Below, one piece after another: positions 6,219 to 10,951 of a DNA stretch of 10,951 nt; position 1 is the stretch's first letter, and each line of letters opens with the position of its first letter. The notes beneath the pieces are model-generated. The model did not search any database. It was not told where the DNA came from and saw nothing but the letters and a program-made list of their open reading frames with translations. The position numbers and the translations under genes are program-made. Source of the stretch: Pirellulales bacterium (GTDB lineage Bacteria; Planctomycetota; Planctomycetia; Pirellulales; JAICIG01); contig JBBDYJ010000044.1 of assembly GCA_040901675.1 (NCBI GenBank), positions 1 to 10,951 on the forward strand. The letters run 5' to 3'.

Positions 6219-8791
6219 GTCGACGGAGTGGAAAGCGCGGCAGGCTGCCAGTGTGCCCACATCGCGGCGCGGCCGGGCTGGAGGCTGGTGACTTGCATCT
6301 CCGAGCAGTCGGCAAGCCGCATCACGAACAACTGCCGCACGCCGCGGCGCTTCGAGCCGAACAGCAGCCACGTTCCATCGGGCGACGGCTGCGGATGATA
6401 GTGGAGCGTGCCGTCCGCGGATTTCGTGAGCTGCCTGGGTGCGCCGTCGAGCGTCGCTTGAAACAGCTCGACGCTTGGCCCGGCCTGTGCCGTGTAGAAC
6501 ACCGACTTGCCGTCCGCCGACCAGACCGGGATGTCGCTGCTGCCGCCGTGAAAGTCGGGCACGTCGAGAAACTCGATGACCCCCCGGTAGCCGCCGCGAT
6601 CGGCCAGCTTCCGCAACCCCGTGCCGTCGGCCCGAACCAGGTGCGGATGGCAGTTGTAATGCTCGCCGCCAACGAACAGCACCCATCGCCCGTCCGGCGA
6701 CCACGCCGGCGCGAAGTTGAACGGCTGGCCGGTCTCGACCTGAACCGCATTCGAGCCGTCGGCGTCCGCCAAAAACACCTGGTAGTCCTGGTGATAGGCA
6801 ATCCGCCTGCCGTCGGGCGAGCTGCTGAAGCCGTACGTGAACTTTGTGGACTCCCGGGTCAGGTCGATCTTGTTCCGCCCGTCGCGGTCCATGCGAAACG
6901 GGTGCGAGTTGCCGTCGACCAGCGCCGTGAAGCCCAGCTTCGCCGGATCGTTCGGCCAGAAGAACAGGCCGCTGTTGTAGAAGCTGACGCGCTCGACCGC
7001 CGTGACGTTCGTCGCCCGCCCGCCGGCCAGATCGACCAGGTACGCATCCGACAGCCAGCCTTCCTCGGTGAAGCGGAACGTCTGGTGCGCTTCCTCCCAC
7101 TCGGCGTTCTGCGGGCTTTGCCAGCCGCGGCCGATGATCGCCGTGCCGCCGTCCGGCGACCAGCCCGCGAACTGCGTCCAGGCGTCCGGCTCGCCGGCCA
7201 ACTCGTCGGCCAGCAGCCGCCGCCCGGAACCATCGGCTTCGACCACCACCGCCCGCATCGTGCGGACGTTGGCGTGCCGGCCGCCGGGCACGTCGGTCCG
7301 CAGCTCGCTGTAGCCGATGAGCCCCGGCGGCAGTTCACTCACCTGCCTGTCCAGCTTGTGCACGGAGGCGGCGATGCGGTCCTCGATATCGCCCGCCCAG
7401 CGGAAGGCGGGGCGGCCGTATTCGTAGAGGCTCGATCCGCCTTCGTAGCCCCCTTCCTCCCAAACGCGGCGCGAGGGGATGTAGGCGATCATGTCGTCCG
7501 TGTAGCCGCAGACCCACGTGCCTGGGCCGAACTCGCGCTTGAACCGCAGCGCGTAATCGACCACCGTCTCGGCGCCCATCCCGATGACCAGCATTTCCCG
7601 GCCCAGCCGCCAGGCGTGCACCGGGTATGGATACGACGCGGGGAACTTTTCCCCCTCGTCGAGCTTTTGCAGCATGCGGGCGGCCCAGCGCCCGCGGATG
7701 GCATTGCCGTCCTGGAGTACGGCGTGCAGATCTTCGCGCGTGACGACTTTCAGGTACGGCAGCTCGACGTGCTCGAACGCGGTCCGCAGGCCCGGCGACA
7801 CCGGCTTCAAGGGCTGGTCGATCGCTTGTTCGACCGCGGCCGCCAGCATGTGCCCGTAACGCTGGCACAGCTCGACGGTGCGGCGCGGCAGCGGGTTCTG
7901 GTCGCCGCCGCACGTGTTGACGAACATGGCCGTGGCGCCCGGGTGGTTCTTTTCCAGCTCGAGCTGCGCGAAGCCCGGATAGTCGCCGCACCAGGTGAGA
8001 AAGCTGAGCGTCGTCGGATGGCAGGCGTAGCCGAAGAGGATCGCCTCCAGCCGGCCGTCGGGCCGAGTCACGGTCATCACCGGCACCGAGTGATCGACCG
8101 GCCCGGCAAGCGGCGTGCCTTTCGCCAGCAGGGCGGGGACGTCCGCCTCGTTGTTGTTGCGGCGATTCACGGCAAAGGTGGTATGTCCCTCGCCGATCGC
8201 CAGGTGCGCGGGAGCGAGGTCCGCGAGCGCCTCGCCGACCATCGCGACGAGCTGCGTCACCATCAGCGCGGTGTACTCGTTCACCAGCTCGACCTGCTCG
8301 GGCTCTACCGGATAGTAATCGACGAGATCGTCCCCCAGCCGCGGGCCGCAGTGGTTGTGCGAGAAGGTGATCATCACCTGCCGGCGCTGGAGGCCGAATT
8401 TCCGCTCCAGCTCCTCGAACACCCGGTCGCTCATCCCCTTCGGCACGCCCTGGAAATCGCTGGTCACGAGGACGGCGCGGCGGCCCTGCTCGTCTTCCAA
8501 TGCCAGCGCCTTCATCCACAGGTCGTGCAGTTTGCCGTCGGGCACGCGTTTCGATCCGTACCCGGCAAGCCAGACCGCCTTTTCCGGCGTGATCACCGCC
8601 TTGGCGACGCCCGCCTTCCACTGGGGTTCGGCAGCCGCCGCGGGGCTCGCCAGGCCGCCGAGAAAGATGGCCAGCAGACCGGTGAAGACGACAAGGGGAC
8701 CAGGCGACACGGCGACAAGGGGAACGCGGCGGGAACCGACCAAGGCTGGGGCATGATTATCGCTTTGCCGCAGGCGCCGAGGGTGATTCAT
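6212..8791 (-). CDS. Secreted neutral/alkaline non-lysosomal ceramidase N-terminal-domain hydrolase fused to a TolB-like (PD40) beta-propeller, 859 aa
   Basis: GGAGG 5 nt before ATG 8791; signal ending ASPAAAA-E. Ceramidase-N-like motifs WKAGVAKAVITP..WLAGYG, HDLWMKALAL, SHNHCGP, YACHPT, GDYPG, GGDQNP and YIPS...EGGYEG. The C-terminal ~375 aa has WSPDG, SSPDG, WSPDG, WSADG and PSPDG repeats. Confidence 0.88.
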   Translation of the reverse strand: MNHPRRLRQSDNHAPALVGSRRVPLVAVSPGPLVVFTGLLAIFLGGLASPAAAAEPQWKAGVAKAVITPEKAVWLAGYGSKRVPDGKLHDLWMKALALEDEQGRRAVLVTSDFQGVPKGMSDRVFEELERKFGLQRRQVMITFSHNHCGPRLGDDLVDYYPVEPEQVELVNEYTALMVTQLVAMVGEALADLAPAHLAIGEGHTTFAVNRRNNNEADVPALLAKGTPLAGPVDHSVPVMTVTRPDGRLEAILFGYACHPTTLSFLTWCGDYPGFAQLELEKNHPGATAMFVNTCGGDQNPLPRRTVELCQRYGHMLAAAVEQAIDQPLKPVSPGLRTAFEHVELPYLKVVTREDLHAVLQDGNAIRGRWAARMLQKLDEGEKFPASYPYPVHAWRLGREMLVIGMGAETVVDYALRFKREFGPGTWVCGYTDDMIAYIPSRRVWEEGGYEGGSSLYEYGRPAFRWAGDIEDRIAASVHKLDRQVSELPPGLIGYSELRTDVPGGRHANVRTMRAVVVEADGSGRRLLADELAGEPDAWTQFAGWSPDGGTAIIGRGWQSPQNAEWEEAHQTFRFTEEGWLSDAYLVDLAGGRATNVTAVERVSFYNSGLFFWPNDPAKLGFTALVDGNSHPFRMDRDGRNKIDLTRESTKFTYGFSSSPDGRRIAYHQDYQVFLADADGSNAVQVETGQPFNFAPAWSPDGRWVLFVGGEHYNCHPHLVRADGTGLRKLADRGGYRGVIEFLDVPDFHGGSSDIPVWSADGKSVFYTAQAGPSVELFQATLDGAPRQLTKSADGTLHYHPQPSPDGTWLLFGSKRRGVRQLFVMRLADCSEMQVTSLQPGRAAMWAHWQPAALSTPSTP

Positions 8792-8868
8792 TTTGTCCTC
8801 CCAGGATCGGCGAAAAACGACTTTCCTTACATCAACTGGGGCACGCTTATCGCTTTGCCCCAGCCACC
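8746..8868. repeat. Two direct copies of a 33-bp REP-like hairpin
   Basis: CTGGGGCATGATTATCGCTTTGCCGCAGGCGCC (8746-8778) and CTGGGGCACGCTTATCGCTTTGCCCCAGCCACC (8836-8868) are 28/33 identical with a 90-bp offset. Copy 2 has a perfect CTGGGGCA/TGCCCCAG stem. Confidence 0.8.
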
Positions 8869-8932
8869 CTGCAGGAGCTATTCTTCAGTCGCCTCCCACG
8901 CAGTTCCGAGCGACATACATCGTAGCACCTGG

Positions 8933-9058
8933 GCCGACGTGCTGGCGACCGTCTACCACCTGCTGGGCATCGACCCGGAGACCCTGATCCACGATTCGCT
9001 CAACCGGCCCTTCCCGATCGCCGGCTCCGGCGTCGTCCGCGCCGAGTTGTTGGCATAG
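8933..9058 (+). pseudogene. 3' remnant of a DUF1501 family gene
   Basis: ADVLATVYHLLGIDPETLIHDSLNRPFPIAGSGVVRAELLA* matches the typical DUF1501 C-terminus (DxxATxYHxLGIDP...GRP...ELL). It has no start or RBS, and the in-frame sequence upstream is unrelated. Confidence 0.8.
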
Positions 9059-9134
9059 CGTCCGGGTTTGCCGGCGAGAAATCATCCCGCCGCGCCGCCA
9101 CGAGGCGGCGATTCTCGCACACGGACCCGCGCCC

Positions 9135-9143
9135 TGATAGAAT
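9135..9143 (+). promoter_or_regulatory. Putative extended -10 promoter for the two plus-strand hypothetical genes
   Basis: TGaTAGAAT (TGn + TAGAAT) in the intergenic region upstream of 9257. Confidence 0.45.
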
Positions 9144-9256
9144 CCTAAGAGGCGTAACATTGCATCCGCCGAAGCTCTTCGGCCGGCCGGTTTTCCAACA
9201 CGATGTTCTCGCCGCCGGCCCGATGATGCTGCGCATTGTTGGGGAGGCTTTGCGGC

Positions 9257-9523
9257 ATGGCCCGCTGGATCATCTGGTCACAGGTTATCATCGCCTTCGT
9301 GGTGCTCCTAGCCACGCTCGCGGATCGAGGAACCGTCTCGCGGTCAATGTTCCCTCCGCAATCGGTCCTGATGTTCTGCTTCTTTTCTATCCCGGTCATG
9401 CCAGTCGTGGCGATTGTCATCGGGAAGCAGCAGGATGATGGTTCGGGCCAGCTCGTGGCGGCGGTTGCGAGCATAGGGCTTGCCTTGGCCACCCTGTTTG
9501 CGTTTCTTCCCATGGTGCAATAG
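9257..9523 (+). CDS. Small hypothetical membrane protein (~3 TM helices), 88 aa
   Basis: GGAGG at 9243-9247 precedes ATG 9257 (the track starts at TTG 9236). Three hydrophobic stretches: WIIWSQVIIAFVVLLATLA, VLMFCFFSIPVMPVVAIVI and LVAAVASIGLALATLFAFLPMV. Confidence 0.65.
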   Translation: MARWIIWSQVIIAFVVLLATLADRGTVSRSMFPPQSVLMFCFFSIPVMPVVAIVIGKQQDDGSGQLVAAVASIGLALATLFAFLPMVQ

Positions 9524-9576
9524 ACCCGCGCTGCCGCGGGCCGGGTGGGCCGTGGCCGTAGCTGCTGAGTCGACAC

Positions 9577-10302
9577 ATGGACCCTGTAGTCTGTGATTCC
9601 TGCGGCAGTCGGTTTTCCGTCAAGGACCTGACCGAGGACCACTACGGCGCCCTGGACGACCAGCACTATTACCAAGAGTTCGCGGAAGAATTGCGGATGC
9701 TGCTGAAGGTGAAGCAGTTTTACCGCCGACACCCGGAGGCCGAAGGACGCATTCGACCCCATTTCCAGCGCGTGCTGGAATCGGACGATCCGGAAGTGAT
9801 GGAGAGCCTCTGTGCTGGGAGGCCCTTGGACGAGATCGAACTCCCTCCGGAGGAACTGCCCTTGGCGCTCGCGGAAGACGAAGCGGAGGTCGTAGAGTAC
9901 TTGAGGCACAACGGTTTCTCGCTCGGCCCCCGGATGCGGTTCGTCTCCGAAGAGGTTGCTCGGCTCGCAGGCTGCGTGAGGTTCGTGGCGTGCCCGCGTT
10001 GCGAGATGGGACGGCTGCACGTCCCGCCCGAGAACTGGGACGAGTTCAGCGCGCGCAACGAGATCACCTGGTTTCGGCCCCATTGGCATTCCTTCGACAG
10101 CGACGGCGCTCTGCATGTGAGGACTTCCGGATGGGAGGGAGATTCGCACTGGACTGGCAAGACTACGATCACCCCCGACGCGCCAGACTACGCCTTCTGG
10201 TGCTGGCTTGTCGCGCAAGAGAGATTCCATCGGCTGGTGAACGTGGACGAGTTGCCGGCCCTCCGCGAGGAGTGGTCGCGCATAGCTGATCGCGGCCGTT
10301 GA
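9577..10302 (+). CDS. Hypothetical acidic cytoplasmic protein with two distant CxxC pairs, 241 aa
   Basis: GC3-rich codons and globular composition; CDSC (aa 6-9) and CPRC (aa 139-142); Trp-rich C-terminal region. No family recognised and no clear RBS. Confidence 0.75.
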   Translation: MDPVVCDSCGSRFSVKDLTEDHYGALDDQHYYQEFAEELRMLLKVKQFYRRHPEAEGRIRPHFQRVLESDDPEVMESLCAGRPLDEIELPPEELPLALAEDEAEVVEYLRHNGFSLGPRMRFVSEEVARLAGCVRFVACPRCEMGRLHVPPENWDEFSARNEITWFRPHWHSFDSDGALHVRTSGWEGDSHWTGKTTITPDAPDYAFWCWLVAQERFHRLVNVDELPALREEWSRIADRGR

Positions 10303-10634
10303 ACAAGGGATTGGCATGCCCTGCTCCTCGGCGACCGGTAAGCCGCGGCAATGGACCATCCGTCAGAACCAGCCACGTTCTCGAGAGAGACTCGGGCGAT
10401 GTCGCTACCGGTTTGGAACCCGTTGACCAAGATATGGCGGAAGATAATCTTACGCTCGCCGCCGGAGCCAGCCGACCGGTCGACGGTGGGACCGCCGGTT
10501 AGCGTTTTTACGTACGTCTCGGATCCGCTGGATGGCTCCGCTCGCGATGGCAAGGCGACTTTGGTCGGACCGCCGGTAACCGTGATCGAAGTACCGCCAA
10601 TCGAATAAGGTGGATATTCCTCCCCAAACCCCAC
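10188..10634 (-). CDS. Hypothetical protein or gene fragment with an internal TxTGGPT repeat
   Basis: The GTG abuts the TGA of the upstream gene. Codons look coding-like from ~10590 to ~10330 (SITVTGGPTKV...TLTGGPTV...RKIIFRHILVNGFQTGSDIARVSLENV). The last 115 bp overlap the convergent 241-aa gene. Confidence 0.35.
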   Translation of the reverse strand: MGFGEEYPPYSIGGTSITVTGGPTKVALPSRAEPSSGSETYVKTLTGGPTVDRSAGSGGERKIIFRHILVNGFQTGSDIARVSLENVAGSDGWSIAAAYRSPRSRACQSLVQRPRSAMRDHSSRRAGNSSTFTSRWNLSCATSQHQKA

Positions 10635-10951
10635 TCACTGGTGCAGCGCGTAGAGCACGACGTTCAGCCCTAGCCGGGCGGCGTCTTCGCGGGTGTAGCC
10701 GGGACACTCGATCGACTCGTGTTTCTCCAAGGCGCAACTGATGTCGTAGCGCGAGAAGATCACCCCGTAACGCTCGCCGACCTTGATCCCCTCCAACTCC
10801 GGCTCGACCTGCCGCACGGCCGCCCTCAAGGGACCGTCGGGACCGCGGCGCTGGGGGTCGCGGCGGGAGACCGTCTTCAAGTCGAAGCCGCCAAGTTGGC
10901 TGCTGAACATCGGGTGCGAGGCGGGGATCGCCTCCAGGCTCCGCTCCGGAA
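10635..10951 (-). CDS. 3' end of a DUF4159 domain protein (terminal DUF4159 repeat); enters from the right edge
   Basis: The frame is open to the edge: PERSLEAIPASHPMFSSQLGGFDLKTV...PELEGIKVGERYGVIFSRYDISCALE...CPGYTREDAARLGLNVVLYALHQ*. The IFSxYDxSCA and A.RLGxNVVLYAL motifs are typical of DUF4159. Confidence 0.88.
   Translation of the reverse strand, partial: PERSLEAIPASHPMFSSQLGGFDLKTVSRRDPQRRGPDGPLRAAVRQVEPELEGIKVGERYGVIFSRYDISCALEKHESIECPGYTREDAARLGLNVVLYALHQ

Noticed and set aside
8746..8868. Mini-CRISPR array
   Set aside because: Only two imperfect copies with a 57-bp spacer that contains the gene's RBS/start; no cas genes.
6251..9058. 935-aa plus-strand ORF
   Set aside because: Shadow of the ceramidase-TolB gene; only the last ~41 codons (DUF1501 remnant) look genuine.
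9058..10350. Integron cassette array for the two plus-strand orphans
   Set aside because: No RYYYAAC...GTTRRRY attC structure found in the intergenic gaps; no integrase.
9145..10359. 404-aa minus-strand ORF
   Set aside because: Antisense to two better-supported plus-strand genes; shadow-like composition.
10351..10608. 85-aa plus ORF with a VGPPV repeat as a possible RiPP precursor
   Set aside because: It is Pro/Ser/Thr-rich with rare codons (ATA, AGA, TTA, CTA), typical of a shadow frame. No modifying enzymes are nearby, and the minus frame reads more protein-like.

Overview
GC-rich bacterial window whose gene content (DUF4159/prenyltransferase-repeat protein, DUF1501 remnant, ceramidase-N-domain protein, carboxypeptidase-regulatory-like repeat proteins) suggests Planctomycetota; this taxonomy is an inference. 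Most real genes are on the minus strand. The core is a BlaI/MecI/CopY repressor (5490-5960) with a consensus sigma70 promoter and two AGAC-N4-GTCT palindromes. It is followed by a BlaR1/M56-type gene that appears to have lost its whole M56 protease domain in frame (2916-5426) and by a second secreted repeat protein (1626-2843). There is also a ceramidase-N/TolB-like propeller fusion (6212-8791), two plus-strand hypotheticals, two kinds of REP-like palindromes and several gene stumps. The left edge carries the 5' part of a prenyltransferase-repeat/DUF4159 gene that the ORF track missed. The right edge carries the 3' end of the same gene family, so the two pieces are in permuted order. All family calls come from motif recognition by eye, not database searches.
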